This document shows positions 37,301 to 46,699 of a stretch of DNA of 64,000 bases, one piece after another. This DNA comes from Amphiscolops sp. MND2022 (taxonomy: Eukaryota), in the NCBI GenBank assembly GCA_964187785.1, contig OZ076409.1, positions 28,026,001-28,090,000 of the forward strand, in the 5' to 3' direction. A program made the position numbers and the translations under genes. The first letter of the stretch is position 1. The number at the start of each line of letters is the position of its first letter. Below the pieces are notes generated by a model, which saw nothing but the letters and a program-made list of their open reading frames with translations, searched no databases and was not told the DNA's origin.

Positions 37301-39338
37301 TGGAGCGCGCTGCGACATGGGCTCATTTAATCGAAATGAAAGCCCTGTACCATGACTTTTTAAACGCGATATAGTACTTTTCTCTGGGATGTGCAGTTTT
37401 GTGGATATATTAATGATTCAAAATTTTGAATCGAAAATTTCCGAAAAATTTGCAAAACGCCCGGGTCAGGTTAAAACAAAGTTTTTCATGTATTCCAATC
37501 TTGTCAAGTAAAAATATAGAGCTCTAGTGGCTAAAATAACGCAAATATAATGCTGCTAGGGAAGTGTATGGCATGATTTCGTAGAATTCAGCGACCAAAA
37601 AGTTTTTCAGGAATGATATTGAAATTGGAGCCTTACTGAATTTGTAAATTGTAAACTGAATTTGAAAATTTTCGCCAAAGTCGATACAAGACAATTTATG
37701 CCTAAACACTTGTTCGCTATGAATTTTGATGTTCACTGATTTTGTATTTTTCAAATTTGGCTTTTGATGTCATGAAGTTCGGTTGTTTTAAGACACCACT
37801 GTGGCGATCACATCCAAATACTGTTTAACTGTTCTAATTTCTTAACAGTTGTCTCATTCATCTTTCTCACTTGTGGTACTGGACAAACGTTTTCCTAGCA
37901 TCTATTCTGTTGTTTTCCATTTCTTTGCTTCAACTTTCTCGCACCTCCAGGTACTCAGTGGACAATGGGAGTGGCAAGCAGAATTCAGGAGCTGTGACTG
38001 GTGCTGGCCCTAAAACCCCGAAAGCGCTGACTATTGAGGATGACAGCAAACGCCTGTTCAACATGCGCACACCCATCCTGGGCAGAGGGGGCAGTGGCAG
38101 TTGGAGCAGCAGTCGCAGGAATAAGACAGGTGCGTCTTGTTATCCCTAGATAATAGTGCCATGAGTTTTCATCAAATACTGCCTTTTGATAGAAAAGCTG
38201 TCATTTTGTAGACTCTGTGCTGAATTTTGTTATATACTCGATTCTGAATCAGTTAACTTGTTGAAAGTGTTTCTTAGATACAACTCGTCTTTTTCCAGTC
38301 GTAATTTTTTTTATAAAGTTGAATTTTCCTAAAGTTACACTAGGGTACCAAAAAAACTAAAGATACTTGATTTTGCTGTCAAAAAATTTCAAATCGCAAA
38401 AAAATACATGTGACACGGAAGTCTCTAGAGCAAACCATTTTCCAATTATGATCAATATCACTGGGAAACAAAACAAAAATTACTTGAGTTATAACAGCCT
38501 ATTTTTGCCTTTTGGAATTCTGAAATTTATCAAGCAATATTTCAAAAACCGCTGTCCGTAACAAAAAAATGCATGTAACAGTTTTTGTACCTTTGATTCA
38601 GATCTATAACTGTTGACTCCAACACTTCTGAGAACGCCCTACTTATGAATGTACACCACAAAATGATCACCAAATGCTAATTTTTCAAGTTTTACTCTGT
38701 GAAAATAATGGTTTCGGCGGAATTACAACGGTGTTTGGCTGTTCATTATCAAAAAAGTACTTCCGAAAAGGTGTTAAATATAAAAGAACTGTGGCAAAGT
38801 TGCAAAAATGATCCTTAGAAGTTTTTCTTTTGCCCAGTAGTTTTTTTAGATACTTCGTAATAAAGTTTGAAAAATTCCTCGAAGTACAATTTGATATACC
38901 TTAAGTTTGTTTAAATTCCTCGAAGTACAATTTGATGTTACTTAAAATTTTAAATTTTGATTCGATTGTGAAACAAAAAATACCGTTTCAATTCTGATCA
39001 ACATTTGAGTGAGAGACTTTTGCTCCTGAGACTTTCTGTAAAAACGAATAAATTAAAAGATATTCCTCTTTGAAAAATTTCGGTAACCAAATTGACTGTT
39101 TTTAGCTTTTTGGTACCTTTGTGTCTTACCAAGATCCTTGGAAAAATGTCGATTTCTCTTTTTTGAACAGATACAAGTGTTTTTCTTCCGAATAGCTTGT
39201 GCTTTGAAAAGCTGTTTGACCCTTCATTTTTTTCAAGGCGTATTTTCTTGGAGTGGCAAAATGGAAGTGACTAAGACCATGTTCAAACTAGCCTGCGAGC
39301 ATCACAAGTTCTATCTACAGTACATGCTTGCCACAAAT
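4137..39338 (+). CDS. FRMD4: FERM-domain protein, FRMD4A/B-like; spliced gene, 3' end not located (497 aa reconstructed including the candidate cassette exon)
   Basis: Coding exons 4137-4388, 12502-12596, 12670-12762, 13191-13275, 22915-22994, 23065-23148, 31628-31886, 33883-33965, (34798-34977), 37951-38129, 39238-39338 are all GT-AG bounded and phase-consistent. The translation follows FRMD4 motifs in order: RKCIVYLLDG, QEKEYFGL, HWLDM, TIELFYLQ, LFELAATALQEIYGDF, GKTRGEAILHYMNIAESLTMYGMHFY, FDWSSI, MFKLACEHHKFYL. Confidence 0.88.
4417..4935 (+). mobile_element. HINE/Helentron-like non-autonomous element, family D (copies 7973-8490, 23877-24352, 27178-27653; partial 21729-21985)
   Basis: 5' hairpin ATTTCTGC-GATA-GCAGGAAT (as in the 23881 copy), 3' subTIR GCAGAAAT then stem-loop GCCCC-GGA-GGGGC; T-rich flanks. 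Confidence 0.7.
7694..7944 (+). pseudogene. Duplicated copy of FRMD4-like exon 1 with a 1-bp deletion (frameshift)
   Basis: Near-identical to 4137-4388 but CGCAATGC instead of CGCAAATGC; same GTGAGT donor at 7945. Confidence 0.7.
8845..9859 (+). mobile_element. HINE/Helentron-like element family A with internal tRNA-Glu-like segment (truncated copy 5290-5500)
   Basis: 5' ACACTTGC-GATAA-GCAAGTGT hairpin; 3' CGCAA(A/G)TGT subTIR plus GCGAAGC-ACG-GCTT(T/C)GC stem-loop; A box TGGTCTAGTGG and B box GTTCGAACC in 8941-9012. Confidence 0.75.
9900..11700 (+). mobile_element. Degenerate CRE-clade non-LTR retrotransposon (RT and C-terminal remnants)
   Basis: CRLIPSEKNAVVRPINVGEVLRRL, GTTQGDPLPLAMYG and FNPLVFATTG...MSRLAFKLSDK motifs, with frameshifts and deletions. 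Confidence 0.85.
12502..12596 (+). CDS. FRMD4: FRMD4-like exon 2 (FERM F1)
   Basis: ttttag|NSLTAQELYDIVCSQLLLQEKEYFGLFTFDE|gttagt; phase 0 to 2. Confidence 0.9.
12670..12762 (+). CDS. FRMD4: FRMD4-like exon 3 (FERM F1)
   Basis: ttttcag|RHKHWLDMKSKVTSCVLDSSKRHFEIYLGV(K)|gtacaa; phase 2 to 2. Confidence 0.85.
13191..13275 (+). CDS. FRMD4: FRMD4-like exon 4 (F1/F2 junction)
   Basis: tttacag|FFVLSLKRLRHFTTIELFYLQCRKLVFG|gttagt; phase 2 to 0. Confidence 0.88.
13697..22364 (+). CDS. Nested 5-exon gene: 300-aa type II single-pass membrane protein, putative divergent TNF/Eiger-like ligand
   Basis: Exons 13697-13816, 14834-15160, 15651-15840, 19496-19648, 22252-22364 join in phase (0,0,1,1) to 903 nt ending in TGA. 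One hydrophobic stretch (IVGLLIVIVFCTAIIVMM) follows basic residues; the ectodomain has 12 Cys and TNF-like motif order. The exon 1 donor (GTATCG) is weak. Confidence 0.7.
14029..14550. mobile_element. MITE with ACATTTCGTAC tandem-repeat TIRs, in intron 1 of the nested gene
   Basis: CAATTCGTAC/ACATTTCGTACA repeats on the left, GTACGAAATGT/GTACGAATTG on the right; degenerate 9-bp flanks GGCGACTAT / GGCCACTTC. Confidence 0.8.
15908..18047 (+). mobile_element. Full-length Tigger/pogo (Tc1-mariner superfamily) DNA transposon
   Basis: Perfect 21-bp TIRs CAGTCGACACTCATTACAGTA; TA on the right flank (TT on the left); subterminal TATAGTACA-type repeats; intact transposase. Confidence 0.95.
16454..17947 (+). 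CDS. Tigger/pogo transposase (CENP-B-type HTH plus DDE_1, DD29D)
   Basis: 497-aa uninterrupted ORF; FSASQGFLGRFKQRY, DIFNWDETGLFY, LLFIDNCSAH, CQPLDMGII. Confidence 0.95.
   Translation: MSATTTAVPKRNQRSLLDKFTIIKAFEAIRNQPGAKAKIVRDYGLPNTSCLNRILEKKEEVCSKFENNFSADRKRFRTSFYPELDRDSYAWFLQMRSRNIELSGDLILQQASRMAAEKQIQNFSASQGFLGRFKQRYNIKFRKLYGAAGSVNTDVVSGWMERLPSILGNYEPKDIFNWDETGLFYTQSHNASFITSAENENRNLRGRNQRKQRITVLVMASMAGEKLPLAVIGKYRSPRVFKNARLPVEYYSQKNSWMDASIFEKILVNFDKAMGIQNRKVLLFIDNCSAHPQISLQNVTIQFFPPNVTSKCQPLDMGIIQCMKHHYKNEIQRRFLTAVNCGQDLPKITLLDALFFLKKVWLQQVSAATISNCFRKAGFQLPVTLVTDVEEIETETEHTDKTFDDDNLTVCSPDTTAPGPDMEEATENDSDNSTDADDCEVPTSAKAFQAIKTLHQYFSTHNGEEEALIVDNLYTKLDRIAKNSLSQALVTSYFTVE
18447..18772 (+). 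mobile_element. HINE/Helentron-like element family B (short copy)
   Basis: 5' TAGTCGGCGC...GCCCGACTA hairpin; 3' GCGCCGACT subTIR plus G(A/G)GACGTTCCCGTC; T-run flanks. Confidence 0.75.
19817..20453 (+). mobile_element. HINE/Helentron-like element family C with ~3 x 172-bp internal tandem repeats (short copy about 57277-57470)
   Basis: 5' AGGAGTCGG...CGACTACTT; 3' CCGACTCCT plus CCGCA-CA-TGCGG stem-loop; CTCAAAAACTGTCCATACGA recurs at 19901, 20073, 20245. Confidence 0.8.
21440..21640. mobile_element. Small foldback MITE
   Basis: GTCGACGGATCTTTTCTGTTAATTC ... GAATTAACAGAAAAGATCCGCGTCGAC inverted repeats. Confidence 0.7.
22756..22854. mobile_element. ~100-bp Tc1/pogo-type MITE
   Basis: TA|CAGTCAAATCTC ... 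GAGGTTTGACTG|TA. Confidence 0.65.
22915..22994 (+). CDS. FRMD4: FRMD4-like exon 5 (FERM F2)
   Basis: attcag|GDLKADSETLFELAATALQEIYGDFE|gtaacc; phase 0 to 2. Confidence 0.9.
23065..23148 (+). CDS. FRMD4: FRMD4-like exon 6 (FERM F2)
   Basis: tttcag|LKVTEDCLKSTPLLSVDAWSSEDSFAI|gtaata; phase 2 to 2. Confidence 0.85.
23310..29921. repeat. Tandem duplication, two ~3.3-kb units (23310-26610, 26611-29921), intronic
   Basis: Near-identical sequence with a 3301-bp offset; TT microhomology at the junction. Confidence 0.95.
29256..30898. mobile_element. Three-layer nest of TA-flanked (Tc1/mariner-type) MITEs
   Basis: Outer TIR CAGACA(T/A)A(A/T)TGTAAT...TCTAATTT (29256-30898); middle element 29452-30766 and inverted inner copy 29830-30482, both with CAATAGTGTAAGAAA-type TIRs and TA flanks. 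Confidence 0.75.
31628..31886 (+). CDS. FRMD4: FRMD4-like exon 7 (F2/F3)
   Basis: tttttag|EQKVADYHSRLVGKTRGEAILHYMNIAESLTMYGMHFYRVK...PTSIS|gtaagc; phase 2 to 0. Confidence 0.92.
31960..32808 (-). mobile_element. HINE family B copy with tRNA-like A/B boxes
   Basis: Reverse-complement termini match family B; on the minus strand TAGCCTAAAGG...GGGTCCGAGTCTC. Confidence 0.7.
33308..33713 (+). mobile_element. HINE family B copy
   Basis: TAGTCGGCGCTTCATGAAG ... GGCGCCGACCTTTGCCGTTCCCGTCTTGTT. Confidence 0.75.
33883..33965 (+). CDS. FRMD4: FRMD4-like exon 8 (FERM F3)
   Basis: atttag|KFDWSSISHIRHEKKELTIEVEQKDVD|gttagt; phase 0 to 2. Confidence 0.85.
34798..34977 (+). CDS. Candidate symmetric (phase 2/2) cassette exon of the FRMD4-like gene
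   Basis: 180 nt open frame (AAWLERFWWKGTPT...GRE), strong GTAAGT donor, weaker cttaag acceptor; phases fit both neighbouring exons. Confidence 0.55.
36405..37072 (-). mobile_element. HINE family B copy inserted in a piggyBac-like MITE (about 36241-37474)
   Basis: Family B termini; flanking sequence matches 52399-52788 and ends in GGGTTAA. Confidence 0.72.
37951..38129 (+). CDS. FRMD4: FRMD4-like exon (Gly/Ser-rich loop in F3)
   Basis: Long pyrimidine tract, ctccag|YSVDNGSGKQ...SSRRNKT|gtgcgt; phase 2 to 1. Confidence 0.78.
38338..39123. mobile_element. Unclassified non-autonomous TIR element
   Basis: CACTAGGGTACCAAAAAAACTAAA versus TTTAGCTTTTTGGTACCTTTGTG; no clear TSD. Confidence 0.55.
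39238..39338 (+). CDS. FRMD4: FRMD4-like exon (end of FERM F3)
   Basis: tttcaag|VFSWSGKMEVTKTMFKLACEHHKFYLQYMLATN|gtgagt; phase 1 to 0; HxFY is the terminal-helix motif of FERM C lobes. Confidence 0.88.
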
Positions 39339-42085
39339 GTGAGTAATCTTCCATGCCTTACATTGTTCCTTAAATAGCTAATTATCACTATTGTAGTAGG
39401 AACCGTGATTCCTATATCAAGTCTTCATCACAATGGGTGATGGGCATGTTTCATGTGTGAATAATAAGATTTATCTTTAGGCAATATTCTAGAAACACTG
39501 TCTTGATTTCATGACAGTTGCCGCAGTTGAAAATTCATTGTTATTCAGATATCTCAAACCTTCAGGACCTTTTCAAATTTCGTTCTGAATTTCATAGGTT
39601 AATGAAAAGATTTGGTTGTACTTGTTTTTTTTGGCTTCTGTAATTCAATTATGCTCACATCCAACCATGTGGATGAATTTTTGGTCGGCGCTTTTTGTAA
39701 CAAAGTGCCAAACTCATAAGGTGGCAAGTTTTATATGTCCTGTCAGACCACAGAACTCATACTGGATGGTCCATCCATCTGTAAGACTTTGGTTTCTGTT
39801 GGCGTTTTTCGAGCCTAAAGGGTGCCCCTTCTGGTATTTTATACCCTTTCGTGCAGATTGTAAGAATTTCCTCGAAGCCACCTATTTCCTCGAAGAAATC
39901 ACATCAAAAATTTTGAAACGTGCTTAGCAAAATCCAAGTCCATTTGAAATTCTTGTACATAGATAGTGACATCGATTCAGCATATGTGGTAATGTGAGAT
40001 TGAAAACATGTGATTTGTCTCTAGTTCAGATGGCAAGTAGTTGGGCGTTTGAATAATCAGAGGAAATCAAGATATAGTTTGATTTATGCAGACTTTCGAA
40101 TATCCATGAAAGCGTAGACAATAAAAGATTTTATCAGTTATTTGACATCATCTGCATGCTAATCTTGTAATCCTCAATTCAGTGTAAAGTTCTGTGACTG
40201 ACCTATTGATCTCTACCAGGATTTTTGAACTTTTTGCCATCAGATTATTATTGCATTATGAAGTTTTTTGATTGATGTCTAATGCTGGCAATGCAACATG
40301 TAGATAACAGTCAAGGATGATAAAAAAACGTAATGTAATTGAACCTGTGAAATACTTTTTGAAAACTAGCGATCATTTTATTTTTTGCAATATTTTTCTA
40401 GAATTCTGATTAATTATTTCGTGACGTAGAAGTAAAAAGTTATTTAAAGTTAACGCAAAGTTTGAAAGATGTCAGAATTATTTTTCTGTCGTTTTTATTC
40501 ATGGAAGTTTCGGTTCGCTTTGATTTTTTGTGATACTTAAAACGGCAATTCATATAGGAAGAAAATATTTTGGAAATTATGAAAGAAGCTTTTTCCCGGC
40601 CGCAATTTTTCAAGTTAACTTTGACAAAGTTCAACAATTTTGCATTAACGTTGCTTTGAGCTCAAACCATTTTTCAAGTAGCATTCAAACAACGATGGAA
40701 GTATATACTCATAAATTGTGTCTTTTGGAATATTGAACTTTCCGGTTCCATCGGTAAAATTTTCTCCAAGCATTGTAGAGAACAAAAACTGAAGTTTCGC
40801 GCTTTATATCTATCGCTTTCTCCCATTGACTGATTTGTTTTTGGGTCAAATTTGTTTAGCTGCATTGAAAGCATTATCAGAATGGTGCCACAATTCTTAA
40901 CATTCTTCTCCGCTGGAATAAAAACAAAGCTGCTCCGTCCAAAGGAGGTCTGACAGTTTGCCATGTCTTCTTGGTTGGCTTGGCGTGTTACATAACCAAT
41001 GAGTCATTGGCTTGAATTGAAACCAAATGACACTGGAAGAAACATGCTGCAAAATGTACAATGGATAAATATAGTTTGGCTCTGCTTTTCTTGTCTCCCC
41101 AATCTCTGCTGAGCTTGTAATGGAAGCAGATTAACCGTTGCGAAATTGCAAAACAATTGGTTATCATTCGAATGCAATCAGCATGTCCCAGTCCGGTCGC
41201 GATTGGGGACTTTTTGTTTACCTTGCTTTCCCGCCGTGCTTTCCTCGATTCATAAATTCTGTTGTCACTTGCCATAGTGTTTGCATGTTTCAAACGCAGT
41301 ATTCTTCAATCGCTCTTTTGTTACTGTATTTGTGTCAAACATGTATTGAGCCCTTTGTCTGCTTAGACTTTTCGGTTGAGCGCAAACTTGCTTTGAAACT
41401 TTCAAATAGCAAAGCAAACACGGTGCCCTTTATGTTTGTGAATCAGTTCAGCTTTTCGTAGTAGTACATTTGTAGCCTTATGATTCATAAAACTATCCTG
41501 CTGCTTGTACTTGCTAGCTTGAAATGGCGTTCCTTGGGACACAATTCGTGTAGTAAGCTCTCGTACTTACCATTCATATACTTGGTACTATCGGCTGGTA
41601 GTTTTGCAATCCCTACGAGCCCTTGTAGATGGATTCTACCGTGGATTTTAGCAAGTTTCTTTTTATTGACGAAAAAGTAGCACCTACACCTGTCGAACCA
41701 GTTAGTCAATCTTTCACTTTTTTCTCTTGGTCAATTGGTCATTCAGACAAAATGGTAAATACGTTTATCTTGTACATGCATGTGTAGCGATAGACTTAGC
41801 TGATGATAGATTTCAAGCTGAAGTCTTTGTAAGGTTGTCACATGAATTGAATTTTTTTCAATTAAAGAATTTACTAATAATAATTATTAAAAATTTACAT
41901 ATTAGTGATAATCTAATTTATGAACATTCAGAACTTGAAAGTACAACACAGTAGGAAGTACATGACACAATTGATATGATTCATCAAGTAATCGGAAGGG
42001 AGGTTCCGAAGATGAATTTTTTTGGAGACAGTCATTGACAAGTTGTTACTCTGGTTGTGTAGGCAGAGGGGAAAGAGAAAGGGAT

Positions 42086-43070
42086 CTTCTTGTCGAATGT
42101 CACAAAACGGATGACAGCCTCTCCAGAACTTCAGCTGGCGGGAGATCTTGCCATACATCCTCCTTGACTGTAGGGTATAGCGGGCAGTCGGTGATGACGT
42201 GGTCAAGTGTTTGTGGATTGGTTCGACAAGGACAACAAGCGTCATTTGTTATCTTCCATCTGGTGAGATTATCGCTGGTTCTGCACACACGCGTTCGCAA
42301 CCGGTTGAGGGTACACCATTTTTCCGGGGTAGGTCAGCTCCTAGTGGCAATTCTTCCCTGGCAGCTCGCTGTATCCTTTCTTGCCATCTAACGAGCCGTA
42401 CAGACTCTGGATCCTCAGGCGAAGGTACGCAATATGTGAGCCACGTTGTTCTGTTGATTCGGGGTTTCGGAGGTTTGTACTTGAGTAGGGGGTTTCTTTC
42501 CTTGGTGAGTTTGTACAATTTAGTCTCAGCGTCAGTTCTTCTTCTGATATCTGGTGGTGAAATTCCAGAAAGGACGTATAGGTCTTCAAGAGGCGTGGGT
42601 TTGAGGCAGCCTGTTATCACTCGACAAGCTTCATTCAGAATAGGGTCAATCTTGGAAGCATTTGAGCTGTTCGACCAGACTGGAGCACAAAATTCGCCCG
42701 TCGAAAAAACCAGACTGAGGGCTGCTGTTCTGATGGTACTTGCATTTGAGCCCCAGGAGGAATTTCCGAGTTGTTTGAAGAAGTTAACTCTGGTCTGTAG
42801 TTTTTTCTTCAGTTTCACAATGTGGTGCTTGTAAGTTAGCGAACGGTCCAACGTGATACCTAGATATTCGGGGTCTTCTTTATGCTCCAGGGGTTTTCCC
42901 AACCAATGAACTGAGAGCTGTCGCTTTGCTTGTTCGTTGTTTAGATGGTAAGCACAAACTTTGGTTTTTCCAGGGTTAGCATTCAGGCCCCACTCCTGAT
43001 AGTAGTTACCAGTAGATTTCAAAGCTATTTCGAGTTTGGCTTCCACCTTCCCAAAAGTGTCGTCTTGGGC
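42086..43070 (-). mobile_element. 5'-truncated Vingi/Ingi-like non-LTR retrotransposon (RT C-terminal part plus Cys/His motif)
   Basis: WGLNANPGKT, YLGITLDRSLTY, WGSNASTIRTAAL, EFCAPVW, ITGCLKPTP; frameshift into CPC...QTLDHVITDCP; short AAGAAGA tail. Confidence 0.85.
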
Positions 43071-44246
43071 TAGAGAAAAAAGGATGGAAGATAACTACTG
43101 GAACAATGATCTCTGGACATGTGTGTCATGTGTTCCATGATGATCTTCTTTGACCGAAAACAGAAAACATCAAAATCGAGAAGGAATATCTTGAATGCTT
43201 GCCAATGACCTTTTATTTATATAAATATAAATATACAAGTTGAAACTATTTATTTGACATTTGAAACTATTTGACATTTATTGAATACTCGACCAACTGA
43301 GAAAAAGTAATTTTATAATCATAAGAACGAAATAATACAGATAAAGAACAGTTTAGTTTTCCTAACCAAAAGTGGATTGCGTCCCAAGCATCCTAGACTA
43401 CCGCTCGACATCTTCTGAGGAATCGTCTTGAGAGAGGTGACAAAATAATACTCTGAAAATAAGAGTTGTGACCATGTGTTTTTCACCTTGAGACTTTTAA
43501 ATCCTTTTTCCTTTTCTTTGTCTTTCAAGAACTGTTTTCGCGACAATAGACAAATCTTCAAAAATTGTTTTCTTCAATCTTGAGTGAAACACAAAGAAAG
43601 AGTGTCTCGCTGCCTTCATCCTTTTTGTGTGGTCATGAATTTTTCTGCATGAAGGGCCGCCGGAAAGTGTGGCATGCAAATGCAGTGGGCGTGTTTTATT
43701 GCGCAACTTTTTATTCCTCTGAACTTTTTGTTCCCTCGCGGCTTTTCTACCAAGGTTGCTGCATTGTAAAGCAGCCTCTATAAACTACCCACAATTATGC
43801 ATATAACCCAGACTCTGTTAAATCCTGTATTTAAGCATATAGCTTGGTAAATGCTGCTTCACAGTGCCGCTAAAAATAAAGCTAGGAAAGCTCGAAGTAA
43901 AAATGCCTCTGGGTGGGAATAAATTGAGCCAATTTCTAACTACATTCATTAGAACGAAGAATAGAGATGAGAATTTTTTCTCCATTTCTGTTTGTCTGCA
44001 GAGAGGGAGTTCATTACAAGTTTGAGAAATCGTTAATTGTATCTTAACGCCCTTCTTAGCAATGATTTGAAGCTCTAGGGCTACCTGTATATTGTCAACT
44101 GTTCGAAATTGCTCCCTAGCTGAGTTTTTGTCTCCATTATCCCGATTGGTTGGTTTCTCAATGTTCTCTAAAAATATGCAACAAATCAAAGTTTACTGAT
44201 TTGGAAAAAATGGCTGTTTTAGCCACTTCTAGTTTTACAACTTAAT

Positions 44247-45023
44247 AACAAGACGAGAACGTCTAAAGTCGGCGCCATATCTAAGGCTCAAAAAGCGCAA
44301 AAGACTTTTTTTGAAAAAAAACTTAATTTTTTTTCCGAAATTTTATCGAATTTTTTTTTTCGAAAAACCAAAAAAATGGACTGAGTGGCGCGCCGGGGCC
44401 CGCTAGCGCGAGCCCCTGGCGCGCTAAAAGAGGGACACTTCCGAAATTGTCAACATTTTTGTTGCAGTTGAAGGAGGAACCCTTTGGAGAAAAAACAAAT
44501 TTTCGAAAAAAAGTCTCACAATGCCGAAAAACTGAAAGGGGGGACCCTTTGGGATTTTTAAACACCCAATGTGTTGTAAAATATCAAAGAAATTGAAGGG
44601 GGACCCTTTGGAGAGAAAATAATTTTCGAAAAAAAATCTCACAGTGCCGAAAAAAACTGAAAGGGGGGACCCTTTGGAATTTTCCAACATCCATTTTGTC
44701 GCAAAACAGCAAAAAATTGAAGGGGGGACCCTTTGGAGACAAAAAAAATTCGAAAAAAAAGTCGCACAGTGCCGAAAAAAACTCAAAGGGGGGACCCTAT
44801 TGTCTCGTCAGGTTTTGTATCTTACGATAAAAATGGAGTAACTGAAAGGGGGGACCCTTTGCACTATCTTAAATACGCTCCCCGTTTGCCGATCCAGTAC
44901 TTTAGTTTAGTAGTTCTGTTCTGTAAAAAGTGTCCACTACGCATACATTCTGTTATCTGACGAAAAAAAAAACTAGCCACTGTAATAGTCGGGCTCATTT
45001 TCTTCTAAAATGCGCCGACTAAA
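44247..45023 (-). mobile_element. HINE family B copy
   Basis: Family B termini; internal GCCGAAAAAAACTGAAAGGGGGGACCCTTT repeats. Confidence 0.75.
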
Positions 45024-46699
45024 AACGAAAATAAGTTTTCCGAGCTAGAAAAATGGAAGAGTAGAAAAATCCAAGTGGGTCCATAGTGTTCTGCAGTGAA
45101 GAACGTGGTCTTTCATAAGAATGCAGAGATTACGAGTTGATGACCATTTCAAAACAATTATCTTGTGTGAAATTGAGAATTATCTGGATAAATATCTCTT
45201 AAAAAACTAATTTTCAATATTTTGAGACAGATCCTTCATACATTACTTGAAAAATATTGCCTGAAATTAATTATGAATTAGCCGTGAATCACTTGCAGTA
45301 TTCAGCGGTCGTTTGAATGGCGTATTACAACATCTCATAAATGAACTGAAGAAAATTGAGCCAGGAAGTGATAACATATTTGAATCATTACTTGGATTAC
45401 TTAACATTTTTAGTTAAATTGCACTCGATTGTAAAGTTGCCTTGAATTACGGAACTGCTAAAACAATCTACAAATTTTGGAAAACTCGGAGAATACCGAT
45501 GCCAAAGTTTTACAATTTCATAGTTGATGCTTTTTCATTGTATCCCTTGGAGTGTTACACCTCGGTTGCTTAAAATTGGGAATTTTTCTCTTATTCTCTT
45601 GCTGAAGTTTTTAGTTTTCTGGAAAAATTCGGCAAAAAGTCAGTTCCGGTGATTTGTCTCGATGGATCCAAGTTGAAGTTCGAATGTCTTAGATTGTTAG
45701 AAATTCAGTTTTGATCCATTTACATCCACAATGTGTCAAACGGTGTCAATGATTCCAGCTTTGCAACGAAACGAATCTTTATTGGCATGCGTTGCTTTGA
45801 TCTTTTTCAGTCTTCAGTGGTATGCCGACTTGGCCGTTCTGGGCTTGTACAACATTTCTTTCAATTTTAAATGTGTTTTAAAGAGACGGTTTTTATGAAA
45901 CTTATTGAATTTAGCTAAGGGTGAACCCTTCATGAAATAGAAAAAAATTGAGAAAGGCTGCGCAGTTACGAAATAACCAGGAGGAATCATTTGGTCTTAT
46001 ACAGCTCTGTAATTTTGGTGAATTGTGAAATAATCAAAGGTAGCCTATTGGCCGTTTTGGATGCGCTTTAGATCTAAGGCCAAATCTGTCGTCTAGAGGT
46101 GAAGGCTAGTCACTGTTGTAGCCGGGCACTTTTATTTCAAAATGCACTGGGTAGAAATGTGCTCAGTCGATTCGAGGAAAGCTCATGCCATTATTTCGGA
46201 AATAGGATTCGGGAGTGATCTTTATCTTTTGACACAAACTGGACAGCATAAAATGCGGGAGCAAGGAGCGGGGATTAAAAGGAGCGAGTTGTTCTTCGCT
46301 CAAACAAAATTGCTGAGTAGTGAAAGTGTGGATACACTTAGTGTGAATCAATGTGAAAGGAAAAATGAATACATGTAATTGAGTCTGATAATTTATCTTT
46401 CACCAGGCCAATATTGGTCAAGTGTGCCACAGAACGCGCTGACAAAACTTGTGGTGCAAGTTTTAGCTATCAGCCCAAGTGATACGGCAGGCTATTTTCG
46501 ATAGCAGGTGACATTCAGCGTCCAAATGATACATTGTGTGATTTACTTATGATAAACTATGGATAGTGGAGATAGTTGACTGAAAAAAAACATGTTGGAA
46601 GAAACAGTGTTTGTAATCAGTCGTATTTTTTCAATGTTTTTTCCAGCGTTTCAACTTTCTTCCGGCTTTGAGACTTTTTTGAATTTTTGACTGCGAGTC

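Noticed and set aside
40670..41710. Minus-strand ORF cluster with HGRIHLQG, reminiscent of a HUH motif
   Set aside because: Frames are short and discontinuous, and no further Rep motifs were found; unassignable.
42199..42834. 211-aa plus-strand ORF
   Set aside because: Antisense shadow of the Vingi-like RT ORF.
44323..44960. Clusters of K/F/G-rich ORFs (also 36394-37097, 51503-52300, 61954-62794)
   Set aside because: Translations of HINE internal repeats with no protein-family motifs.
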